DNA of 63,104 nt, filler included, from Reclinomonas americana ATCC 50394 (taxonomy: Eukaryota): assembly GCA_048213135.1 (NCBI GenBank). It is 7 parts of 7 records of this genome, joined end to end, with 100 filler letters (N's around TTAATTAATTAA, not from the genome) between each part and the next. Parts side by side here need not be neighbours in the genome. Positions count along the whole stretch, not along the records: positions 1 to 27,995 come from PS015818.1; 6 more parts are not named here. The stretch is one strand, 5' to 3'. Position numbers and translations under genes: made by a program. The notes under the pieces are model-generated. The model searched no databases. It was not told the DNA's origin and worked only from the letters and a program-made list of their open reading frames with translations. Below, in pieces: positions 11,551 to 23,917 of the stretch (its first letter is position 1; each line of letters opens with the position of its first letter).

Positions 11551-14500
11551 ATGAGTGACCTCTCAGGGTGCGTCTCACACGCACACATTCTCTCCCTCGT
11601 CCCCCTCGCCCTCTATCTCGCATACGCACACATGCAAACGCAACATCGGGATAATTCACCTCACTCCCAACGCTCACACACACAGGTCACTGTTGAGACA
11701 ACTGTCGGCACTCATTGTGTGCTCGGCGCCTGTGCGCGACACTGGCCTCACACAATCAGTGCGCAACTCGCCTGCCTATGACAAGGTACTCTCACTGAGA
11801 GAGAGAAAGAGCATGCAAACACTCACATCATTTCTCCCGCGCTCTCTTTCTCTCAGGCCAACCGCTTGCCTCCGCAACAACTCGGCAAGGCCATCTCTGC
11901 TGTTCGCAGCGCCCTCTCCTCTCTCTGTCGCAGCATGAGCGTGGCAAGTGAGATTATCGGGCGCATTGTGGACTTCAAGGGTGAGTGCATTCCATCATCA
12001 TCATCATCATCATCTTATCAGCAAATCATCACACTGTCATTTGGCGATCTGTTCTATCAGAGCAACTGTGTTTGCCGCCGGGTGATGAAATCCACCCCGA
12101 TGATGAGGACGTGGGCGGCTCCAGTGTGCTGGCGGCCACGCATCGGGAGCAGCCGAGCGCGGACTCGATTCTGCTGGATGTGCTCGTGGCGTGTCTCGAG
12201 TCGGCCGTGGAGTTGGCGCAGTTGTGTTTCCGATGGACGTCTTACTTTGTTTGCCGTGTGAGGCGCTGATGGTGGTGGCGCGCAGACCGGCGGAGCTGGA
12301 GAGTTTGGTGGTGCCGGAGGCGTGGACCATGTTGGGCTTGGAACGCATCACGCCGCGCTATCCCAGTCGTTGCGTCGTGGGGTGCGACCTCACCTTCATC
12401 ANNNNNNNNNNNNNNNNNNNNNNNNNNNNNNNNNNNNNNNNNNNNNNNNNNNNNNNNNNNNNNNNNNNNNNNNNNNNNNNNNNNNNNNNNNNNNNNNNNN
12501 NNNNNNNNNNNNNNNNNNNNNNNNNNNNNNNNNNNNNNNNNNNNNNNNNNNNNNNNNNNNNNNNNNNNNNNNNNNNNNNNNNNNNNNNNNNNNNNNNNNN
12601 NNNNNNNNNNNNNNNNNNNNNNNNNNNNNNNNNNNNNNNNNNNNNNNNNNNNNNNNNNNNNNNNNNNNNNNNNNNNNNNNNNNNNNNNNNNNNNNNNNNN
12701 NNNNNNNNNNNNNNNNNNNNNNNNNNNNNNNNNNNNNNNNNNNNNNNNNNNNNNNNNNNNNNNNNNNNNNNNNNNNNNNNNNNNNNNNNNNNNNNNNNNN
12801 NNNNNNNNNNNNNNNNNNNNNNNNNNNNNNNNNNNNNNNNNNNNNNNNNNNNNNNNNNNNNNNNNNNNNNNNNNNNNNNNNNNNNNNNNNNNNNNNNNNN
12901 NNNNNNNNNNNNNNNNNNNNNNNNNNNNNNNNNNNNNNNNNNNNNNNNNNNNNNNNNNNNNNNNNNNNNNNNNNNNNNNNGGCGGAGGAAGGTATGTCCT
13001 TTCTCCAACGACGATGATGATGATGCCAGTCGTCTGTGGAGCGTCGCTCATCCCTTTTATTCTCCACCCGCAGCCGGCAGCTTTGGTGTCACCAGTTCTC
13101 CGTTCAAGGGCAAGCCGTCAACTCCCAGCGCCGAGCTGCTGGTGAATCCAGACGCACCCGCGCGCTTCGACAAGATGACTCGCCGCTTCATGACGTGGCG
13201 CTTGTTCCTTGAGAGGGAGGGCACGCGCTTCCGCGGACTCTACCAGGGTACGCATGCTTGTTTTCGTGGAGCACCTTTCTCGTTTTTTTTGTCGCTCACA
13301 CTGCTGGACACGCAGACTTGTGGAAGGGCTTCAACAAGTGGTACAAGAAGAACAAGCACCGCTACTGTGTTCTGCCGTTGCTTGTGCGCATGATTGCGTT
13401 GGCGCCGGACGAGTTCTACGTGGCATGGATACCCGACTTTGTCAAGACGCTGAAGGAGGCCCTGAAGGTATACTTTCGCATGCCTCCCAGTTGCAGTGCT
13501 CTGCTTTTTCGTCACATGTTTGGTTTGTTTTGGTGATCAGGACAAGGTGCTCCGTGAGGTTGGACTCGACGCTGTCATGTTTCTCGTCACACGACTGCCG
13601 CCCACGACGCCCGCGGCGAGCGTGCACGCTCTCATGAAGATGCTGTTGTCGAAGAAGACACCGATTGCGCCGGCGGAGGCCGACATTTATCGCGACATTC
13701 TCTCCAACCTGGTGCGTCTCCTTGCGCACGAAATCCTTTGTGTGCTGCTGCTTACCGGCTGTATATCCGATAGTGCGCTGCCACCTACTGCCCGCCGGCC
13801 TGCGTCCTCGATCAGTCGCCGGTGCCGCTGCTGCCGCCGGCAGAGGGAGTTGCGCTGTTGACCAATATTATTACCAGCACGGACTCCAAGACGCACGCAG
13901 ACCACAAAGTGGTGGCCATGAGTGCACTGGCCGTGGTGGTCAGACGGACACCCTCCAAAGTTGCGCACGTGCAGTTTCTTTCTTTCTTCCAGGCTGCTTA
14001 CATAGTGAATTCAGTTCGCCGGCACGAGTGTTGGCGACTTGGTGGCCAGTGTGGTGATGCAACCGAATGATCCGCGCATTTTGCCGGCTGCCGTTCGCTG
14101 CGTTCCGTCGGTGGTGCCCAACGACCGCCGCACCGGTGACGAGGTCTGTATCACGACGAGAGGGGGTGGTGGTGATGGTGGTTTCACCGACACCTTACAA
14201 ATCTTTTGTCGCGCAGCTGCGGAGCCAAGTGTGTCGCTTGATCTGCTCCCCCGATCAGAACGTATCGCACGATGCGCGAATTGCCGTGCAGGAGTACGTT
14301 GCACTGGCGCCGACGGAGCACTTCTTCCCCGTGATGTCGATGGTGGTACGCAGAAACACACATGCACACAGACTGTCTCGCGCGCACGCCCCTCAACAAC
14401 GCCACGCAGGTGGAGGTGCTCTCCTCGGCTCTCATTGACGAGGACACGGTCATTCAGCTGTTTGTCGACCTCGGCATCCTCATCTCATCGTTCTGCCAAA

Positions 14501-17500
14501 TTCTCACGGTCACGGAGATGCCGATCGGCGGTTGCGTCCCGTGTGTAGCCAGGATCCATCGCCACCAAACAAGGTCGCTGACATGCAGTGTGCAGGGTTT
14601 GAGCCGCTGCTGTTGGAGAGTGCACGCAACCAGTTGGAGGGCATGTGCATGGTGTGGCTGGTGCACACCGAGGCGCACATTCGCCAGTCTGCCCTCAATG
14701 CTCTCAACATGTTTGCTTCGCCGCCGATAAAGTGAGTGTGATGCGGCGGTGAAATGTCTTTGGTATCTCTCTTGGCACTAACACTACCCAGGCTTCTGTA
14801 TGAGCAAGTGTGGACGTCGCGCGGCCTGGACACTCACACCATGCTCTTCCTGGCGGAGGCCATTGCGGAAGAGAAGCAGCTGATGCTCGACAAAGCAAGT
14901 TGCGTCGCGAGACTCCTGCGTTAAGTGCACGCCAGTCATTTTCTTACTGGTGTGTATATCCTGTGACAGCCCCCGAAACGCGTTCGAGTGTCGAGTCAGA
15001 CATCGAGTCGGAGAAGAACTTCTACCGCCCGCTGCGCAAGCTGCTGCACAGTCGGCCCGAGGTTGGTTCACGCGCTCTGTTTGATTGGGAGCAACGGATG
15101 CGGGTGTTTACATGAGCGTTTGGCAGCTTTTCGAGGGTGCTGTTGTGATCGCCTGTCAGATTGTGATTCGCACGGTGATCAATGCATTCTCTGCAATGGT
15201 GAACGGTCAAGTTGCGCTGCCGACACCAGTGGCGCCGGGCTCCAACATTGGCACACGTGCTCGCCTGGACGAGTTGACCGCCAGCTACGGCCTGCTGAGC
15301 AACTACACCATGTTTGCGTGCATGACCTGTCGACTGAGTACCCGGTCGGGCGCTGTCGCTGGTGAGCGAACCTCCTCCCCTTCTCGCTCATTAACGACTG
15401 CGTCTCACTCTCTCTCTCCCTCCCTCCCTCAGCTCCCATTGCTCAACCTGTGCAGACCTTCCTGACGCACCTCGCCAACTTTGTGTTTCAGACAGAGGTT
15501 TGTGTACCGCCATATCCGTCGCTGGTGTGCTGTTGCTCACTGCTGTTGGTAGGACGAAAACTTCTCCAAATATCTCGTGCAATGCGTGCGGTATCTGCAC
15601 GAGTCGTGCGTGAACCCGTTTGTGCACGCGCTGCGTGATGCATTTGCCAATCTGGCTGGCATCTTTGCGGACGTGGCCGGTGCGCGCTGTCCCTCATAAC
15701 TCTGTTGCACTTCTTATCTCACCCTACTCCACTGTCGCAGCTGACCCCCAATCAAAGAAAGCACGAAAGGCCTCCGAGTCGGCGCGCCTCGATCCGACGA
15801 CGGCCACGGAACGCTTTGTGACCGCGCTGGCCAGCATGGCGTCATCGCGATTCAACTTGTTGTCACGACGTGCGTTCCAGTCCGGCGCACCAGTGGACCT
15901 GCCGGCCGAGCTCTCCCCTTCACATCGGCGCAGCAAGTCCAGCAGGTATCTCTCTGCAATCGCACGTGTTGTTACGTTCTCTCTTACACAAACGCGCACT
16001 AATCGTCCCTCCTTCATCTAACAGTCGACTGTCGTCNNNNNNNNNNNNNNNNNNNNNNNNNNNNNNNNNNNNNNNNNNNNNNNNNNNNNNNNNNNNNNNN
16101 NNNNNNNNNNNNNNNNNNNNNNNNNNNNNNNNNNNNNNNNNNNNNNNNNNNNNNNNNNNNNNNNNNNNNNNNNNNNNNNNNNNNNNNNNNNNNNNNNNNN
16201 NNNNNNNNNNNNNNNNNNNNNNNNNNNNNNNNNNNNNNNNNNNNNNNNNNNNNNNNNNNNNNNNNNNNNNNNNNNNNNNNNNNNNNNNNNNNNNNNNNNN
16301 NNNNNNNNNNNNNNNNNNNNNNNNNNNNNNNNNNNNNNNNNNNNNNNNNNNNNNNNNNNNNNNNNNNNNNNNNNNNNNNNNNNNNNNNNNNNNNNNNNNN
16401 NNNNNNNNNNNNNNNNNNNNNNNNNNNNNNNNNNNNNNNNNNNNNNNNNNNNNNNNNNNNNNNNNNNNNNNNNNNNNNNNNNNNNNNNNNNNNNNNNNNN
16501 NNNNNNNNNNNNNNNNNNNNNNNNNNNNNNNNNNNNNNNNNNNNNNNNNNNNNNNNNNNNNNNNNNNNNNNNNNNNNNNNNNNNNNNNNNNNNNNNNNNN
16601 NNNNNNNNNNNNNNNNNNNNNNNNNNNNNNNNNNNNNNNNNNNNNNNNNNNNNNNNNNNNNNNNNNNNNNNNNNNNNNNNNNNNNNNNNNNNNNNNNNNN
16701 NNNNNNNNNNNNNNNNNNNNNNNNNNNNNNNNNNNNNNNNNNNNNNNNNNNNNNNNNNNNNNNNNNNNNNNNNNNNNNNNNNNNNNNNNNNNNNNNNNNN
16801 NNNNNNNNNNNNNNNNNNNNNNNNNNNNNNNNNNNNNNNNNNNNNNNNNNNNNNNNNNNNNNNNNNNNNNNNNNNNNNNNNNNNNNNNNNNNNNNNNNNN
16901 NNNNNNNNNNNNNNNNNNNNNNNNNNNNNNNNNNNNNNNNNNNNNNNNNNNNNNNNNNNAGTTACGCGACGCCGCTACTGCTGCTGCTGCCGCCTGCTCG
17001 TGCTGACTCGAAATTGTATCTGTGTGCATGTGCAGAGACCATTGACGACGATGTGGAGTCGGGCAAGGTCATTGAGTTGCTGAAAGGTGCGCGACGCAGC
17101 AAGCAATGTGCATGTGTGAGCATGCACTGACCTTTCTGTGCGCAGAATTGGCACCAATGTTGACCACGGAGCGCAATGTGCACGGCTGCCTGGATCTGCT
17201 CGCTTCTCTGTGTGGTGAAGCCTCAAAGCCGCTGCGATACAAGAATCTGGAGCAGAGCGTTGCGTCTTTGCCTCGGGAGAGGGAGGGAGAGTCTGTCGCT
17301 GACTGTGTCGCAGTATGTGGCTCTTGCGGAACGCATGGTGGCGTTGAGTCCGAGTCATGAGACGTATCAGCACGCGCTCATCATGATGTCGTCGTACTTG
17401 AACTTGCACCCGCACGCCTTGTGGGAGTTTGTCGTCAACTCGTTCCCGGAGACGTGGCGCGGTGCGTTTTTTGCTTCTACTCCTCTGTTTCTTTTTTCTC

Positions 17501-20500
17501 TTCTCTTTGACTCAATGTGCTGCGTCGACAGAGAAACCCGGCTTCTCTTTGACTGGTCTCGCACCACCGCAGCAGATGCTGTCCTCATTGTATTTGCACG
17601 CCATTGCCTTCAACGCCACACACCATCACACTTCGTGGGCCGTGGAGAAGTTCGAGTTCCGACGCGGCAAGATGTTGCGTCGCCGCGGATGTTGAGTGTT
17701 TGTTTGGTTCGTTCCCTTAGTCGTGCGTGTGCTGCCACTCGCAGTATGTTCTACCTGCTGCTGCAGTCGACTTCGGCCGATCCCCAGCACCGGCAAATCG
17801 CACTGGAGGGTCTTCGTGAGGCCACTGAGTGCGGCAGTTTTGGACTGGTGCGCTGTGTTGATACGCGTTCTTTCGTCTGTGTTTCCCGACTTACTTGTTG
17901 TCTTGTTCCCGTCAGTCGTACCACGATCAGTTGGCATTAGTCTCCGATCCGGCACTGGCCATCAACGTGGAGAATGCCATTCGGTGTGTCTCGAGTACAT
18001 TTGTTGAATGTGTTGTGCTCTGTTCTGACCCGCCGCCGCCATTGATCATCACAGTGTCAGCGAGACTGTGGCCAAGCGCACGCGCTCGGATCCGTCGTGC
18101 ACTGTGGACGTGTTTGCCACGGTCCTGGCACTGCTCGGCATTGCCAACATCTCAGTGGACAATGTCGACCGCATGCTGCGGGTGAGTGTCACGCTTCTTC
18201 TTCTTCCCATCTTCTCTCCTTTTGTATTCATTAGTCGACTCTGATGTGCAGCTTCTGATCCCCTGGGGCGCCAACTTCTCCACCTTCCTGGACAACAACA
18301 CGCAAGAGAGCGAGATGGCGTGCAGCAACGTTTTCGACTCCTTGTTCCAGATCACAGACGTGCTGCAGAAGCGGTCTTCACTCAACGTTCACAAAGTGCG
18401 TGCACTTGCCAAGTATCATTGATTCCGCATCGTGTATTCTCACGCACTCCCTTCTTAGTTGGTGGAGCGTGTCTGGCGAGCCGTGGCCGGAACCGAGCAA
18501 CGCGGTTCGATTTGTCGCCACTTTTCACTGACCTCTTCTCGTAATCTATGAAAGCATGACAAGCTTCTCTTTCTGTTTCTTCGCGCAGTTGCTCAGGATC
18601 TGGTCGTTCGACTGCACGAGCGGTGCGCGCAAGTATTCTCCGCCGACCGCTCCTCCAGCAGCTGGTCGCTCCGCTTTGGCGGCACTGGTGCGGCGGCACA
18701 TCTCACCCCGTCAAACACCATGTCGCCGTCGCATGCGGCGTCGTCACCGACCGCCGGCACCGTGGGTGCCTCGTCGTCAATGTCACACCTGCCGACGGCT
18801 GGCAGCGCGGCGGCTATTGCAGCAACTGCTGCTGCCGGCTCTGCGTCCGTTCCGTCGTCCATTATGGGCGGCGGTGCCTCTTCGTCGGGAGCGCCGGCGA
18901 GCAAGACCAACAGCACGAGCAAAGTCTCGTTGTCGTTGGTCGACGACTTTGACGACGACGATGCGCGGATGTCACAACGGGGCTCAATGTCCACCGCATC
19001 ATGTACGTCTTTTTCGCACGCGCACGTGGTGATGACAGTCGCCCAATTCTTTCGCTTGTGTTACGTGATTATGCAGCTGGCTCGCGCACTCGGTCGTTCA
19101 GTTCGGTAGCACAGCAACGCACTGCTCGCGGTGTCTGGGCGGCCGCCGACGCAGTGTGCTGTTGCGTCTGTCGTGCATTCTTCCACTCCTGCCTTGTTGC
19201 TCACTCTTGTTTTCCATTTGACTCTTGCAGACATTAGCCGCAATGCTTCCAACGCTGAAGTCATCTTCTCGTACTTGCTCTCCAAGGTGCGCTCGTACGA
19301 GGAGTCGTCGGCGCCCGATGCCTCCGGCGACTACCTGGTGTGGCACCTTGAACGCCGTTTCGTTGGCTCCCTTTCTTCTCCGTCTCTGTGCAATGCACTA
19401 CTAACTCGGGGATGGGTGAATAGCTGCGACTGACGACCAGATGACGGCGGAGGAGGAGAGTGCGCACGTGTTGCTGGTGGCCATCTCGTCCGAGTGGCCG
19501 GTGCAGGCCGACAGCGCCGAGGCCAGCATTCGGCTGGCCCGCGTGATTGCCATGTCTGCTGTGGCGTGGGATCACTCGTCCACTCCCGAGATTCACGTGC
19601 GTCCCCCCTCTGTGCGCATGAGAAGCCTGCGCGTCATTCTCATTGCTTGCTGTGCACAGTTGGACCTCGCTCGTCACCTGCAATGCAGTCTGCTGCTTCG
19701 TTTCTCGTACAATTCGTGTGGCGACAAGGCGCTGCGTGAACAGTCGGTTGTGTTCTCGCGTATGCATTGTCCGCGATTGTGGTTGCGTTGTGTGTCGAGT
19801 GTGCCTTGAAAGTGGATGCGTGATGTTCACATTTGTCTGCGTTGTGACACAGGAATCCCGGCAGCGATCAGTTCATCTCGCCATTGTGTTCGGCTCTCGA
19901 CCGCGCACTCACCGACCGTGACGCCTACATCAAGGCCTTTGCTGATTTTGTCAACATACTGCACGAGTCGCCTGCTTGGTTCGTCAAGTCGCCTGTCGTT
20001 GCCGGTGTTTTTTTTTCGTAGTGCTGACTATTGATTACAGTGGTTCGCTGCGCGACTATGTGGCACACGAGCTGCTGTCGTGGGCGCACTTCTGTCACGA
20101 CCGCGTGCGGTGCTTCTACGCCATGGCTGTCTTCTCGGGTCTGGATGTTCAGTACACGGCAGACCGACTCGAGAGCGTGCTCCGTCTGCTGTTCATCGCC
20201 GTGCGCGAAGACGACCTCGACAAAATCGCCGTGCTGTTGGATGTTCTGAAAGTGGCCGCCGAGCAGGTTGGACTCCTTGTCGATGTGTACGTATCTCACT
20301 GGCGCAGCTGTCGTGCAGCTCACACGTGTGTGTTGTCATGCAGTTGGTGAGTGAAGAGTGGGCCGTCGGCAAGATTGCTGTGGCCGCCCTCTCGCTGCTG
20401 CACATCAACACGGCCGAGCATTTCCTTTCGGCGCTGTCCATCTTCGAGTTGCTGATCGACAACATTGCACTGATGCCGCGTGGTGAACATCGTGATCGAG

Positions 20501-23500
20501 TTGCGCCCGTGTGCCATGGACAATGCCTGTGTGTGTATGTGTTCGCATTCTCACGACGGCAAATGCAGTTGCTATACGCATTGCGTAGTGCGTGGGAACC
20601 CGTGTTGGAAATGTCCGAGGACGAGTACGTCATGTACAGCCTATTCAAGGGTCTCACGAACAGTGTCACGCACGAAGCCACGCTGCGAGTGACACAGAAG
20701 ACACTGACTCTGTACGGAACCAGGTGTGTGATCTTGCGGTGCAGCCAGTTCGTTCATGCAGCTCACTTTGTGTGTGTGCGACAGGCTCGGTCGTGTCAAC
20801 ATGCTTGTCGTGTGCACGCTCTTCTTGCATGTTATTCAGTGTGCGTCGGCCACCAAGCTGGCAGAGTCGTCGGTGGCCACCGACGCATTGGCCTTTATCA
20901 CCACATGCGGTTGCGTGCCAGCCCAGTGTTGCTGACACGCACACATTCTTGTGCACTCACGTGTGCGTATGTCTGTATACGTGCGTAGAGCACGATGTCA
21001 GCGAGTTCCGCGACCCATTCAACCGACGTCTTCGAGTGCTGCAGTCCTCCAAGGTACGACACGAAAGATCACTTCCGAAATACGTTCTCATCGACTCACC
21101 GCTGCTTCCACCACAGGATCACTGCACGCCTGCACAGACGCGTGAATTCATTGACGAATTCGTGGCGGTGTTTGTGCGCTCGTACTGCGGCGAGGCAGTC
21201 CTCGGCCGCGGCAACGAAGCCGGTTGCTACTCGCAGTATCTGTGGTCACTGACTGGACTGATCTCCGACACGCCTCGCGAGCTCGAACTGGCGGCGCTGA
21301 CGCTGACCGCCGTTCTCTTGCCGTTGTGTTCTCTTGCGCTGACCTGCTTCATGCATTTTCCGGCAAGCGCTAAAACTGTGTATGTGTGCGTGCAGGCACC
21401 TGTGCACCGCGTGCTACGACAACCAGTACGTCGAGCTGTCACTGGTCGTTCACGAGCGTCTCCTGTCGCCCATCTCTGGCATCTACGATGTTGCGTCGCT
21501 ATCCCCAATGAGCTTGTATGCAGTTATTTTGCCTCTTTCTCACACGCCACACTGCAGGCTGCGATGGCGTGTCTCGGTACGCTGATGAAGTTTGCCGACT
21601 CGGAGCCGAAATGCGACGTTGCGTGATTGATGGACGGATGGACGATGATGGGTTGTGTGTGCTCATCGACGTACTGCTGCAGGTGTTCCGCAGTATGTTC
21701 GACAACGCCGTGTCGCGGGGTGACCGCGACGGCGCTCGCACAGTCACATACCCGAAGGGCTGCACCGGCACCCTCTCGTTCACTTCCTTTATGGGTACGT
21801 CCGTGTGTGTGTGCGCGCGCACGCTTGTTCTCTAGATGAGTGCCTCTAAATGATGTGTGGCGTACGCGCTTCGCAGGCATGACGGTTGCTCGCTCGGAGG
21901 ACTGCAAGCGCATCTGCATCCGCTCGCTGTGGTTGAAACTGTTCTGTGAACCGGCGGGTGATGAGCCCCGGGCGCTCGTGGTGCGCACCGCACTTGCACA
22001 GCTGTAGATCCTGCCCAGCGCTATGCCTGACTGACTTATCTGCGACGCACAGACGCCAAGTGGAAAGCCGCCGACGCCCACGACTGTGGCGGCAGTGGCC
22101 ACCGCGCCTGCGAGTCCGAGTCTATCGGCTGCTGCTGCAGGTAAAAAAAGAATGGTCGCTGTGTTCTTCTCGCAGCCACTGAACATCGCGCACACAGCGG
22201 ACTCGCGATCTCGAGTCATTCGACCGGCACCACCCGCCTCCCCACCTCGTTTCAACGCCCCTGCTGCCACGCCAGCGCCGCCGTCGCCAGAACCAAAAGC
22301 GCCGCAACCACAATCGCCGCTCCCACCACCGCGCACCATTGTGCCGTCGTCGGACACCAATGTTCCACGCCGAGCGCCTCCCACGATCGACACCGCAGCA
22401 CAATCCTCTGCTGCCGATGCCGGTGCCAGCGACGACCAAGCCGCCGGCAACAAGAGCACTCCGTCCAGCATTGCTGCCGCCGCGGCAGCATTGCTGGCGT
22501 CGAAACCGCAGCGTGTCGAGAGTCACCAAGCGGCGCCCGGCCGCCCTGCTGCAGTGCGACGATCTACAGAGGAAGAGGATGCTGGGTCGCCGTCAGTGCC
22601 GGAGCTGGCGCCGCACACCCCTGAGCCGCCACCGGAGATGCAGCAGCATTCACAGCAGCCACGGCAGCCGCTGCCGCCACCTCCGCCCGCGCAGCGTGTT
22701 GTGGAGCCTGCGGCACCACCGGTCCTCAGTGTACCACAGGTGGCAGTCGAGCACAGCACCCCGGCACCGCCTGCGGAACTTGGTGGCAGCACTCCTGCAC
22801 CAGCCGCACCGCCGCTGCCACCTCCGCGCTCCAAGTCGCCACTCGAGGCCCGCACTCCCGAAGCCGTGTCGCCTGTGGCTCCAGTGGCTGGTTCTGGCAT
22901 TGCCGCTCGCATTCAACAGCTACAAATGGCAGCAGGAGGCGGCGGTCTGTTGTTGTAGCTGTTGTTTGTTGTTGCACGCTCAGCCATTCATCCTTTGTCG
23001 TGTGCGTCACACAGAGGTGCCGGTAGCCGGCGGACCGCGCCGCCCACCTCCACCCCCGCCACCGCCACCTCGTGAGCGCCAGCTGCACTTGTCACCGGGT
23101 ATGACCGGTGGCAGTGGAGGACCGGACTCACCGTCGCCCCCCCGTGGTGTCTCCCAGCGACAACACCGCCCGCGAAGAGATGGAGGCGCGCCNNNNNNNN
23201 NNNNNNNNNNNNNNNNNNNNNNNNNNNNNNNNNNNNNNNNNNNNNNNNNNNNNNNNNNNNNNNNNNNNNNNNNNNNNNNNNNNNNNNNNNNNNNNNNNNN
23301 NNNNNNNNNNNNNNNNNNNNNNNNNNNNNNNNNNNNNNNNNNNNNNNNNNNNNNNNNNNNNNNNNNNNNNNNNNNNNNNNNNNNNNNNNNNNNNNNNNNN
23401 NNNNNNNNNNNNNNNNNNNNNNNNNNNNNNNNNNNNNNNNNCCGTCGGTCGCGCAGCAGCTGCTCGTCGTCTCCCTACGAAGCTGGCCGGCGCACCGCTC

Positions 23501-23527
23501 ACGCCGCCGCCGCCTGGTGATTATTAA
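11551..23527 (+). CDS. Furry/Tao3/Mor2-like HEAT scaffold protein with a Pro-rich C-terminal tail (many exons, 3 gaps)
   Basis: Long helical multi-exon gene. HELLSWAHFCHDRVRCFYAMAVF, AVAALSLLHINTAEHFLSALSIFELL and YSLFKGLTNSVTHEATLRV resemble the MOR2-PAG1 C-terminal region. Start MSDLSG at 11551; the end after the 23193-23441 gap is inferred. Confidence 0.65.
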
Positions 23528-23917
23528 AAAACCGACGGAGCAGAGGTTGTCCCACATGCGTCCTTGTTTGCCCCCAATTTGGCGCCAATTAACATTCGCG
23601 CCCTTCCATGGCGGCCAAGTTGCGTGCTCGGCACACGTACGCACAGTGTGGTGACTCACACGGTAACACACACGCACACGCACATTCTCTCTGATTCACG
23701 ATGCCCGTCGAGGTGTTGTCAAGCAGAGCATGTCGCTCACACACGCACTCACACTCACTCACTTGCGCACCCGCTGTCTCTCTCTTGTTATCGTTGTGGC
23801 AACACTCCACGCACAGAGTGTGTGTGAGAGAGAGAGACTGTGTGTGCGCACACATCAATTTTGTTAATCTCACTTTGTGGAGTGTGTGCGCGCGCGCGCA
23901 TCGTGTGTGGTCGTAGT

